Shown here: piece after piece, positions 13,815-25,118 of the stretch
Numbering within the stretch: the stretch's first letter is position 1
Layout: every line of letters begins with the position of its first letter
DNA from: the human T2T-CHM13v2.0 reference genome, Homo sapiens
Length of the DNA stretch: 64,000 bases
Strand: one strand, 5' to 3'
NCBI RefSeq assembly: GCF_009914755.1
Contig: NC_060934.1
Made by a program: the position numbers and the translations under genes
The notes under the pieces: model-generated
Seen by the model: the letters and a program-made list of their open reading frames with translations, nothing else
Databases searched by the model: none
Told to the model about the DNA's origin: nothing

Positions 13815-15550
13815 TTTTTAAAATTTAATAAAACTTTTTTGTGCCCTAATATATGGCCTATTGTGGAGAACGTTCTATGTGTTGATGATAAGAGTTTGTA
13901 TTCTGAAGCCATTGGATGAAATATGACATCAATGTCTGTTAGGTTACTTCAGTCTAAAATGCAGTTTAAATTCTGTTTCTTTGTTGATTGCATTGTCTAG
14001 ATGATCTGTCCAATCCTGAAAGTGGGATGTTAAAGTCCCCAACTATTATTGTATTATAGTCTATCTCTCCCTTTACCTCCAATAGTATTTTCTGTATGTT
14101 TTCAATTTTTCAAGAATTGGATGTATATATATTTAGAACTAAAACTTGCTGAATTTATCCCTTTATTGTTGTATAATGACCTTCTTTGTCCCTTTTTATA
14201 TTTTCTTGACTTAAAGTCTATTTTATGTGACATAATAATAATAATAATTATAATTATAGCTATTCCTGCTTATTTTTTGTTTCTGTGTACATGGTATATC
14301 TTTTCATTCCTTCACTTTCAGTTTTTATCTTTCTTTACAGATGAGTGTGTTTTCTGTGGGTCTTATTTTTCCTCCCTTTCAGCAAGTCCATGTCTTCCAA
14401 TTTAGGAATTTAAATTACTTAAATTCAAGATTGTTATTTTTATGTGTGAACTGACTTCTGTCATTTTAAAAATTGTTTTCTATTTGCTCTGCCTATTATT
14501 TGTTTCTTCCCCTCATATTGTTTATCTTGCAGTTTGCTGGTTTTCTGTAGTGATAAAGTTTGATTCCTTTCTATTTTTCATTTGTGTAACTACTCTACCA
14601 GTAATTTTTATTCTTTTGTCAATTTTCATGATAGTTTTTTTTTTTTTTTTCCTTTTCCAGATGTAGATCTTCCTTAAGTATTTATTCTAAGGCCAGTCTA
14701 GTGGTAATAAATTCTCTCAGGTTGTACTTATCTGGGAAAGACTTAATTTTTTCTTCATTTCTGAAGGAGATAGCTGTGCTGGGTGTAGTAGTTTGTTGTT
14801 GTTGTTGTTGTTGTTGTTTTGTTTCTTTATTTTTGAGACAGAGTCACACTCTATCACCCAGCGTAGAATGCAGTGGCATAATCAGTAACCTCTACCTCCC
14901 TGGTTCAAGCAATTCTCCTGCCTCAGCCTCCTGAGTAGCTAAGATTACAGGCATACACCACCATACCCTGATAATTTTGGTACTTTTAATAGAGATGGGG
15001 TTTCGCCATGTTGGCCAGGCTGGTCTTGAATTCCTGGCCTCAAGTAATCCACCTGCCTTGCCCTCCCAAAGTGTGGGGATTACAGGCATGAGCCACTGTG
15101 CCCGGCCAGTACAGTAGTCTTGAATGGCAGATTTTTTTTCTCTCAGACCTTTAAATATATTATCCTATTGTTTTCTTGCCTGTAAGGTTTCTACTGAGAA
15201 GTCCACTATTAGCCTAATGAGGATTCCTTAACATATGACTTGATATTTTTTTCTTGATGTTTTTAGAATTATCATGGTCTTTGAATTTTGACAGTTTTAA
15301 CTATCATGTGGCTTGGAGAGTACCTTGTTAGGTTGAATATATTTGGGACTATTGAAACTTTTTGGATCTGGATACTCACATATGTCCTCAGACATGGGAA
15401 GCTTTCCCTTATTATTTAATTAAATAGGTTTTCTATGCCTTTCCCTGCCTCTTTTATATTTATGTAATTTTCATGATGTGAAAATTTATTTGATTTATGG
15501 TGTACCATAAGTCTTGTAGGCTTTCTTTATTTTTCTCTATTTTTTATTTA
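13815..15550 (-). mobile_element. Old L1M: ORF2 endonuclease region through ORF1, interrupted by an Alu
   Basis: gaaagtgggatgttaaagtccccaactattattgt (endonuclease GDFN region, antisense); ttcttgcctgtaaggtttctactgagaagtccactattagcctaatg (ORF1). Confidence 0.85.
14793..15108 (-). mobile_element. AluS (Sz/Sx-like) with (GTT)n tail
   Basis: Both arms present; ends gagccactgtgcccggcc; degenerate gt(gt/ac)agtagt TSD. Confidence 0.93.
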
Positions 15551-15554
15551 GCTT

Positions 15555-16146
15555 TTGTCACCATCACAAACTTCTGCAGCCTTGGCCACTGAGGCAATCA
15601 CAGGCATCACTGATGAGGATGATAGCTGAAGAAACTGCAACTGCATAAAGATCACATCACTGAATCTACCCAGAACTACAGCCAATGCATGATACCCACT
15701 TGACAACCTAGGACCTCTCTACAAGAAAAAGTCTTTCTCTATGAAAGATAATTCATAAAATTTTAAAAAGTAACTCTTCTACTAGATGCACAGATATTAA
15801 TGTAGGAACCCAAAAACCATAAAAAGCAAGGAAATATGACACCTTCAGAGGATTATGTCTCTAATCAAAGACCCTGAAGTGAAAGATATTTATAAAATGC
15901 CTGAAAAGAAATTCAAAATAATGCTCTTAAGGAAACTCAGTGAAATACAAGATAATACAGGTAGACAATTCAATAAAATATGGAAGACAATTCTTGATCT
16001 GATTGTGAAATTCAATAAAGAGAAAGATACCATAAAACAGGACTAAACAGAAATCTTGGAAATAAATAATTCAATGAACGAAATAAAAAATACAGTCAAC
16101 AAATTTGATAATAAGGTAGATCAGGCAGAAGAATTTCTAAACTTTA
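15555..16146 (+). mobile_element. L1 5' UTR end and ORF1 N-terminus, inverted relative to the flanking L1
   Basis: ORF 15855-16046 (IYKMPEKKFKIMLLRKLSEIQDNTGRQFNKI) resembles the L1 ORF1p N-terminal coiled coil, on the + strand. Confidence 0.8.
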
Positions 16147-16436
16147 GTGGAAGTCTTTTGGCACAATCTGCAGATGCCCAGGGGTGATGTGTATGGCCAG
16201 CTGTTTGGTGCCTTCCCTATTGTACAGATTCACCTGTTTCTTGAGTGGATGGTTTGCTGTGTGAGTTCAGATACTAGGTTCTCAGTCATCCCATCTGCCT
16301 AGGCTCTGGCAGCCGGGGTTAGGGTACTGCAGGTACCAGTATGAATGTAGTGGAATGATAGTGGGGCCTCAAGGACAAGCACTGTCAGCCACTAGTGTCC
16401 CCTAGGGCAAGATGCACTCCAGTGGTGGGTTCATTG
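16147..16436 (-). mobile_element. Probable continuation of the host L1 5' UTR
   Basis: GC-richer L1M-type UTR sequence between the inverted segment and THE1; assigned from composition and context. Confidence 0.55.
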
Positions 16437-16470
16437 TCAAGATACCACCAAACCCTCAAGATACCACCAA

Positions 16471-18656
16471 GACTCGCAGTTATGTATTGCTGGGGAGGCC
16501 TCAGAAAACTTAAAATCATGGTGGAAAAGGAAGCAAACATTCTTCACATGGCAACAGGAGAGAGAAGTGCAGAGTGAAGGGGAAACAGCGCCTTATAAAA
16601 CCATCAGATCTCATGAGAATTCACTCACTATCATGAGAACAGCATGAGGGGAAACCGTCCCCATTATTCAATTACCTCCCACCAGGTCCCTCTCATGACA
16701 CATGGGGATTATGAGAACTACAATTCAAGATGAGATTTAAGTGGGGACACAGCCAAACCGTATCATCCCACCTCTGACCCCTCCCAAATCTTATGTTCTC
16801 ACATTTCAAAACACAATCATGCCTTTCCAACAGTCCCCCAAATCCTTAATTCATTCTAGCACTAACCCAAAAGTTCAAATCTAAAATTTCATCTGAGATA
16901 AGGCAAGTCCCTTCCACTGATGAGCCTGTAAAATCAAAAGTAAGTTAATTGCTCCTAGATAAAATGGAGGTACAGGCATTGGGTAAATACACCCATTCTA
17001 AATGGGAGAAACTGGCTAAAACAAAGGGGCTACAGGCCCCATGCAAGTCCATAATCCAATAGGGCAGTCATTAAATCTTAAAGTTCCAAAATGATCTCCT
17101 TGACTCCATAAATCACATCCAGGTCATGCCGATACAAGAGGTGGGCTCCCATGGGCTTAGGTAACTCAGACCCTGTGGCTTTGCAGGGTATAGCCCTACT
17201 CCTGGATGCTTTCATAGGCTGGCATTGAGTGTCTGTGGCTTTTCCAGGGACATAGTTCAAGCTGTCATGGATCTACCATTCTGGGGTCTGGAGGATGGTC
17301 ACCCTCTTCTCATAGCTCCACTAGGCAGTGCCAAGGGGGTACTCTGTGTGGGTGCTCCAACCCCCATTTCCCTTCCTCACTGCCCTAGCAGAGGTTATTC
17401 ATAAGGTCTCTGCTCCTGCAGCAAATTTCTGCCTGGACATCCAGGCATTTCCATATGGCCTCAAATCTAGGTGAAGGTTCCCAAACCTCAATTCTTGACT
17501 TCTGTGTACCCACAGCCAACACCACGTGTAAGCTACAAAGGCTTGAGGCCTTGCACCCTCTGAAGCAATGGCTTGAGCTGTACCTTGACCTCTTTTAGCC
17601 ACAGCTGGGATTCAGGGAACCAAATCCCAAGGCTGTACAGAGCAGCAGGGGGGAGCATGCCCCAAGCCATGGAACTATTTTTCCCTCCTAGACTTCCAGG
17701 CTGTGATGGGAGGGGCTTCTGTGAAGGTGTCCGACATGCCCTGGAGACATTTTCCCCATTGTCTTGGTGATTAGCATTCAACTCTTCATTACTTATGCAA
17801 GTTTCTACAGCTGGCTTGAATTTCTCCCCAGGAAATGTTTTTTTTTCATCATCAGGCTGCAAATTTTCCAAACTTTTATGCTTTGCTTCCTCTTGAATCC
17901 TTTAATGCTTAGAAATTTCTTCTGCCAGATACCCTAAATCATCTCTCAAGTTCAAAGTTCTACAGATCCCTAGGGCAGGGGCAAAATGCCACCGGTCTCT
18001 TTGCATAGCAAGAGTGACCTTTACTCCATTTCCCAGTGAGTTCCCCATCTCCACTGAGACGACCTCAGCCTGGACTTCATTGTCCACATCACTATCAGCA
18101 TTTTGGTCAAAGACATTCAACAAATCTCTAGGAAGTTCCAAACTTTCCCATATTTTCCTGTCTTCTTCTGAGCCCTCCAAACTGTTCCAGCTTCTGCCTA
18201 TTACCCAGTTCCAAAGTTGCTTCCACATTTTCAGGTATCTTTATAGCAGCGCCCCACTACCCTAGTAATAATTTGCTGTATTAGTCCATTTTCACGTTGC
18301 TATAAAGAACTGCCTGAGACTGGTCAATTTATAAAGGAAAGATGTTTAATTGACTCACAGTTGTACATTGATGGAGAGGCCTCAGGAAACTTACAATCAT
18401 GGCAGAAGGGGAAGCAAACATGTCCTTCTTCACAGGAGAAAGAAGTGCAGAGCAGTGGGGGGGATGTTGGGGGGTGGAAATCCCTTTTAAAACCATCAGA
18501 TCTCAAGAGAACTTATTCACTTTCATGAGAACAACATGGAGGGAAACCACCCCCATGATTCAATTACTTCCCACCCGGTCTTGCCCATAAACATAGGGGT
18601 TATGGGAACTACAGTTGAAGATGAGAAATGGGTGGGGACACAGCCAAAGGATATCA
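16471..18656 (-). mobile_element. THE1 (THE1D-like) MaLR provirus: 5' LTR 18277-18656, internal 16766-18276, truncated 3' LTR 16471-16765
   Basis: Both LTR copies end ggggacacagccaaa..(a/g)tatca on + (TGATA start on -); internal ORF remnants WNSLEGSEEDRKIWESLELPRDLLN and MENLQPD are characteristic of THE1-int. Confidence 0.93.
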
Positions 18657-18752
18657 AGTACTCAATGTGTGGTCTTACTCTGAGACAATGTGGCTGTGCA
18701 AATGCCTGCCTACTTTCTAAACTGGACTTGGGGCCTGTGTAAACTGGGGGAT

Positions 18753-19204
18753 TTTCACTCACATCCATGTGAAGAGACCACCAAACAGGATTTGTGTGAG
18801 CAATAAAGCTTTTTAATCACCTGGGTGCAGGCGGGCTGAGTCCGAAAAGAGAGTCAGTGAAGGGAGATAAGGGTAGGGCTGTTTTATAAGATTTGGGTAG
18901 GTAAAGCAAAATTACAGTCAAAGGGGGGTTGTTCTCTGGTGGGCAGGAGTGGGGTCACAAGGTGCTCAGTAGGGGAGCTTTTGAGCCAGGATGAGCCAGG
19001 AGAAGGAATTTCACAAGATAATGTCATCACTTAAGGCAAGGACCGGCCATTTTTACTTCTTTTGTGGTGGAATGTCATCAGTTAAGGCAAGGAACAGGCC
19101 ATTTTCACTTCTTTTGTGATTCTTCAGTTACTTCAGGCCATCTGGGCATATATATGCAGGTCACAGGGGATGCGATGGCTTAGCTTGGGCTCAGAGGCCT
19201 GACA
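18753..19204 (-). mobile_element. HERV-H 3' LTR (LTR7); ATTAAA poly(A) signal at 18812-18817
   Basis: Minus strand TGTCAGGCCTCTGAGCCCAAGCTAAGCC...TGAAA, preceded by PPT AAGAAGGCAGGAA (19205-19217). Confidence 0.96.
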
Positions 19205-19378
19205 TTCCTGCCTTCTTATATTAATAAGAAAAACAACATAAAATAGTATTGAAGTGTTGGGGTAGCGAAAAAAAATTTTTTTTTTGGGGGGGGGTGGCAT
19301 GGAAAGATAATGGCCGATGTTTCTCAGGGCCGCTTCGAGCGGGATTAGGGGCGGTGTGGGAACCTAGAGTGGGAGAGA

Positions 19379-21127
19379 TTAAGTTGAAGGAAGATTTTGT
19401 GGTAAGGGTTGATGTTGTGGGGTTGTTAGAAGAAACATTTCTCGTATAGAATGATTGATAATGGCCGGGGTACGGTTTTGGATGAATTGAGAAACTAAAC
19501 GCAAGATACAAGGTCCAAATAAAAGAAGGAGAAAAATAGGTATTAAAGGACTAAGAATTGGGAGGACCCAGGACATCCAATTAGAGAGTGCCCAAGCGGG
19601 TTCAATGTAATTACTTGCTTGGTTGGCAAGTTTTTGGGCTCTATCCTTGAGTTTTTTTATGTTGTTATACACCAGGCCAGATTGATTTAGGTAAAAACAA
19701 CACTCTTCATTTAAGAATACACAGAGTCCTCCTTTTTCAGCAGTGAGTAAGTCAGGGCCTCAGCGGTTTTGGGGGACAACTGCAGCTAAAGAGTCAACTT
19801 GGGCCTGGAGGACTGATAAAGTTTGTCATATGTCTGTGATGCTAGCAGAGAAGTCATTAGAGAGGCTATGGAAGGTCATAACAGGTTGAAATGCCTGCTA
19901 TTCCAGTACTGAGAACAATAGTAGAGGCAGAAAGTCCTAAACTGACAAGCAAGGGAATTAGTGGAAAAACTCTTCTTTGTCGTGTCGGTGTCATGAGGAG
20001 AACAGGGAGCTCTTTAGTCCCATTTGCAAATTGAATTTTGGGAGTAAGGAAAACTAGTGTGCATGTGCCTGTCCAATTAACAGGTAGACACATGTAGGTA
20101 GAGGATCCACAGAGGAAGAAGAGGCCTTGTGCGAGGCAAAACTGGAGATGCAAAGTAAAAAGATGAGAGGGAGTGCTGAAAGGGGTGTCTTTTACCCAGA
20201 CTTCTAGGGATCCAGTTAGGGCGGCAGCCATCAGAGGTTGTAATGGGGACAGATGGGGTAACTGCGTAGAGGAGGAGGTTCGATTTTCATGGTGTATGAG
20301 AAAACGTTGAGTATCTATGAGCAACCTTTCACTGTTATTTTCGGGGCTGGGTATAAGTAAACAAGAAGAGGGTCTGGGAGGAGAGTCTGATGAGCAAGGG
20401 GAAGGTAGCCAAGGATGGAGTGAAATACAGGGTAAGTGTCTTCTTAAGCAATAATTACTGCTAATGTTTTTAAGTTTGCCAGTATTGATAGACGGCTTGT
20501 CTGTAATATGGAGCTGGAAGGCTCCAATTGTTTCAGTGATGTGTGTAGTTGGGCTTTGGAGATGAAGAGTAAAGGAACATCGAGAAGGTGAAAGGTTACC
20601 TAGGGGAATTCCAGTGGGTCTTTGCCGAGAGATACATACAGGAGCAGCCATAGGAATAGTAGTTTGTGTTGTGAGAGGTCCAAATATGAGGAGAGTAGGG
20701 TTGATATAAGGAGAAAGGCTTTTTAAGTAAGTGCGGAGGAGGGCGGCAGCTTGCTGATGTGAAATGTCTGGAGAGGTCTTGCTGGACCTGTCTAGAAAGT
20801 AAATGAGTTCTTCAGGAGGGTAAAATGAGGGCTGTTAAAGGAAGTTTGGAGATGTAGGGAGACAGGAGATGTTGCCTAGTCTGCATGTAAGGTGGGGACA
20901 GCTGTGTAGGCACTGGAAGAAAGGGAAATGCAAAGCCAGCAGTTTGCTAAGAAGGGATTAGAAACGGCTAGGAGAGATTGAGTAAAGTTGACAGTGTGGT
21001 GGAGATAGCTGGGGAGAGGTAGAGGGTGGCATAAGAATGGGAATGAGAATAACAGTGAGTATAAAAGTAAACAAAAGAACTTCATCAGGGTGAAAGTATT
21101 GGAGGGTCCCCTGCCAGCAAAGATCAT
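19379..21127 (-). pseudogene. env: HERV-H env, full span but disabled (3 nonsense codons, 2 frameshifts)
   Basis: MIFAGRGPSN start, CWLC motif, RQRR furin site, fusion peptide, degenerate ISD, CVFLNEECC (CX6CC), TM helix and cytoplasmic tail. Stops at 20876-20878, 19826-19828, 19760-19762; frameshifts near 20823 and 19883. Confidence 0.95.
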
Positions 21128-21129
21128 CT

Positions 21130-22880
21130 ATCCACTCTAAGAGGGAGTTAAGAGTTGCCAGTCCTGGGCGAGGGCAAATCCTCCAGCTTGATGTGTAGGG
21201 AAGGGAGGGGGCCTGAATAATCCCTGAGGAGTGGTAGAATAGCAGATGGAACACTGAGAAGCTATTTCCTTGAGGATAGATTTCCATGATGGAAAGGAAA
21301 TGAGAGGTTCTAAGAGGCGGGCTGGTGGCTTGTACTATAGCATAGCCTGCCTTTGCTGGTGTGTGGCAATTAGGCCTGGTGGAACTAGTATCAATAAACC
21401 AAGTGTGCTCAGGGTGAGGAACAGGAAAGAAGGAAATATGGGGAAATGGGGTGAATGTCAGGTGGATCAGAGAGATACAGTCATGGGGGTCAGGTGTGGT
21501 ATCCAGAATACTGTGGGAGGCCCGATTGAAGTCTGGGCCAGAAACAATGATAATTGTGGGAGACTCAACAAAGAGTGAGTACAGCTGAAGGAGCTGGGGA
21601 GCAGAAAGTATATGTGTCAGGTGTGAGGAAGAAAATAGATTTTGGAAGTTATGAGAACTGTAGAGAGTGAGTTGAGCAGTTTGTGATTTTTAGGGCCTTT
21701 AAAAGTATTAAGGCAGCGGCAGCTGCTGCAGGCAGACATGAGGGCTAGGCTAAAAGAGTAAGGTCCAGTAGTTTGGACAGAAAGGCTACAGGATGCAGTC
21801 CCGGCTCTTGTGTAAGAATTCTGACCGCACTAACCATGCCTAGGAAGGAAAGGAGTTGTTGTTTTGTAGGAGGGATTGGGGTTTGGGAGATTAGCCAGAC
21901 ACGATCAGCAGGGAGAGCACGTGTGTTTTTATGAGAATTATGCCGAGATAGGTAACAGATGAAGAAATTTGGGCTTGACTGAAGTAATGGGGGCTGTCTC
22001 TGAAGCCTTGCCTAGGTAATTTGCTGAACCTGGTGGGTGTCAGGGTCAGTCCAGGTGAAAGTGAACAGAGGCTGGGATGAAGGGTGCAAAGGAATAGTAA
22101 AGAAAGCATGTTTGAGATCTAGAGCAGAATAATGGTGTGCAGAGGGAGGTATTGAGGATAGGAGAGTATATGAGTTTGGCACCACAGGGTAGATAGGCAA
22201 AACAATTTGGTTCATAAGGTGCAGATCCTGAACTAATCTGTAAGCCTTGTCTGGTTTTAGGACAGGTAAAATGGGGGAATTGTAAGGGGAGTTTATAGCC
22301 TTTAAAGACCATGCTGTAGCAGGCAAGTGATAACAGACTTTAATCCCTTTAAGGCAACCTGTGGGATGGGATATTGGCATTGAGCAGGGTAAGAGTGATT
22401 AGGTTTTAATGGGATGGTAAGGGGTGCATGATCAGTCACTAAGGAGGGAGTAGAGGTGTCTTATACTTGTGGGTTAAGGTGGGGAGATACAAGGGGAGGA
22501 TGTGAAGGAGGCTTTGAACTGGAGGAAAAGGCGGCAATGAGGAGTGGCTGTAGCCCAGGAATAGTCAGGGAAGCAGATAATTTAGTTAAAGCGTCTCGGC
22601 CTAATAAGGGCCTAATAAAGGCAGGTGGGGATAACTAAAAAGGAGTGCTTAAAAGACTATTGTCTAAGTTGGCACCAGAGTTGGGGAGTTTTAAGAGGTT
22701 TAGAAGCCTGGCCGTCAATACCCACAACAATTATGGAGGCAAGGGGGAAACAGGCCCTTGAAAAGAAGGTAATGTGGAGTGGGTAGCCTCCGTATTGATT
22801 AAGAAGGGGACAGACTTACATTCCACTGTGAGAGTTACCAGAAGCTCGGCGTCTGTGATGGTTTAGGGAGCTTCCGAGGC
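21130..22880 (-). pseudogene. pol: HERV-H pro/pol remnant with multiple deletions
   Basis: RT motifs SPYNSPILPVLKPDKAYRLVQDL, LDLKHAFFTIPL and QGFRDSPHYF; no YxDD segment; RNase H start (WFID...AGYAIV); integrase stops after QDWQ. Confidence 0.92.
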
Positions 22881-22889
22881 GATCTTGCA

Positions 22890-24115
22890 GTGTCAGCCTT
22901 CAGCTGCTAAGCCGAGAAGATCTGGGAAGGAGTCAGAGAGCCTTGGGCCAGAGTTCCAGGGGCTCTGGGAGTGGCTGCCAGGTGAGTTGAACAGTCCAAT
23001 TTTCAGTGGGGGTCCTTCACAGATGGGACGCGGCTTAGGAGGAATCCCAGGCTGCGGACATTCCTTGGCCTGGTGGCCAGATTTCTGGCGCTTGTAGCAA
23101 GCTCCTGGGGGAGGAGGTTCTGGAGGAATGCCTGGCAGCTGCGGTTCAGGCGTTTGGAAGTTCTTGTGTGCTGGAGATGTGGCTGGAGTTTGTCTCACAC
23201 TGGAGGTAAGGAATTGCAACTTTTTTCTATTATTGTACACCTTGAAGGCAATGTTAATTAAGTCTTGCTGTGGGGTTTGAGGGCTGGAATTTATATTTTG
23301 GAGCTTTATTTAAAGTCGGGAGCGGATTGGGTAATAAAATGTATATTGAGAATAAGACGGCCTTTTGACCTTTTAGGGTCTAGGGCTGTAAAGCGTCTCA
23401 GGGTTGCTGCCAAATGAGCCATGAACTGGGCTGGGTTTTTCATATTTGATGAAAAAGAGCCTAAACACTAACTGATTTGAAAGAGTTCTGATAGAGAAAA
23501 AGGTACATGTACCCTGACTTTGCCTTCAGCTCCAGCCACTTCTCTAAGAGGAAATTGTTGCGCAGGTGGGGAAGAGCTAGTTGTGGAACTAAACTGTAAG
23601 CCGGACCCGATGTGAGGAGGGGAGGTGATAGAAGGATTATAGGGTGGAGGAACGGAGGCTGAGGAAGAATTGGGACTTAGCTCGGCCTGGCGACCAGCAG
23701 CCTGGGGAGGAGGGGAGAAGTCAGATGGGTCTGTAGAAAAGGAAAACTGGAAAGACTCAGTGACACTTGGGGTTGGGACTGGGGACAGGCAGGAGGGAAA
23801 GAAGGTGGATTTGGAAGGAATCGCGTTGGGAACAGGGACTAGGGAGAGAACGAAGTGTGAAAAATGCCTGGATGTAAGGCACCTCAGACCATTTGCCCAT
23901 TTTTCAACAAAAATTATTTAGGTCTTGTAGGATGGAGAAATTGGAAGTGCCATTTTCTGGCCATTTAGAGCCATTGTCAAGTTTGTATTGGGGCCAAGCG
24001 GTGTTGCAGAAGAAAATAAGGTGTTTAGGTCAGGTATGAGTTGAAGAGGTTTTAAGTTCTTGAGAACACAGGCTAAGGGAGAAGAGGGAGGAATGGAGGC
24101 TGGAAGGTTGCCCAT
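22890..24115 (-). pseudogene. gag: HERV-H gag remnant
   Basis: MGNLPASIPPSSPLACVLKNL start at 24115; degenerate zinc knuckle CYKRQKSGHQAKEC; frameshifted and fragmented. Confidence 0.9.
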
Positions 24116-24640
24116 AGTGAAGGAGGTAAGCCCAGAAAAAAGAGAGAGTAGAGACATAGAGAAAAGGGGTGGGGGTGGGGGGTTCTTATCCCCCAGAAAA
24201 GCGGTACTTGCCGCTAAGGGTGAAGGACCAAGGCAGGCATCCCCACGTGGTCAGACACCTCTGAAACGTGGGTGAGTAATCAGGCAGGCGCCCCACGTGA
24301 TTAAACACTAAGGGAAGACTGTCTTCCTGAGTCTGTGACCAGCGCTGGAGTTTTGGGTCCACGCATAAAACACGTCTCCTTCATCTCTACCAGAAAAGGA
24401 AAGGAACTGAAATTAAGAGAAGGGAGAAATTGAAGTGTGGCACCAAGATTGAAAGGAGAAAGTGGTTGAAGGATAGTGAGAAAGGTTGGAGAAGAGAGTA
24501 AAAAGAGGCCGCTTACTGGATTTAAAATTGGTGAGATGTTCCTTGGGCTGGTTGGTCTGAGGACCTGAGGTCGTAGGTGGATCTTTCTCACGGAGCAAAG
24601 AGCGGGAGGACGGGATTGATCTCCCAAGGGAGGTCCCCCG

Positions 24641-24658
24641 ATCCAAGTCACGACACCA
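24641..24658 (-). other. Primer binding site, tRNA-His
   Basis: TGGTGTCGTGACTTGGAT, two C>T differences from the HERV-H PBS TGGTGCCGTGACTCGGAT, 2 nt after the 5' LTR. Confidence 0.92.
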
Positions 24659-24660
24659 TA

Positions 24661-25113
24661 TTTCACTCGTGTCCCTGTGAAGAGACCACCAAACAGGCTT
24701 TGTGTGAGCAATAAAGCTTTTTAATCATCTGGGTGCAGGCGGGCTGAGTCCGAAAAGAGAGTCAGCGAAGGGAGATAAAGGTAGGGCCGTTTTATAAGAT
24801 TTGGGTAGGTAAAGCAAAATTACAGTCAAAGGGGGGTTGTTCTCTGGTGGGCAGGTGTGGGGGTCACAAGGTGCTCAGTAGGGGAGCTTTTGAGCCAGGA
24901 TGAGCCAGGAGAAGGAATTTCACAAGATAATGTCATCACTTAAGGCAAGGACTGGCCATTTTCACTTCTTTTGTGGTGGAATGTCATCAGTTAAGGCAAG
25001 GAACAGGCCATTTTCACTTCTTTTGTGATTCTTCAGTTACTTCAGGCCATCTGGGCATATATGTGCAGGTCACAGGGGATGCGATGGCTTAGCTTGGGCT
25101 CAGAGGCCCGACA
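24661..25113 (-). promoter_or_regulatory. HERV-H 5' LTR (LTR7) promoter/enhancer
   Basis: TATAAAA at 24790-24796 (-); duplicated U3 block; ACAAAAGA motifs at 24967-24974 and 25019-25026 (-). Confidence 0.93.
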
Positions 25114-25118
25114 GGGAT

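Larger units (their letters stand above)
18753..25113 (-). mobile_element. HERV-H provirus (LTR7-HERVH-int-LTR7), 6,361 bp
   Basis: Two ~452-bp direct-repeat LTRs; GGGAT TSD at 18748-18752 and 25114-25118; tRNA-His PBS; PPT; gag, pol and env remnants in order. Confidence 0.98.

Noticed and set aside
17533-18228. ORFs of 112 and 108 aa on the minus strand
   Set aside because: Broken remnants of the THE1 internal ORF, not a host gene.
24511-24519. HERV-H leader splice donor CCA|GTAAGC on the minus strand
   Set aside because: Expected family feature; the effect of the -1 A cannot be judged without transcript data.
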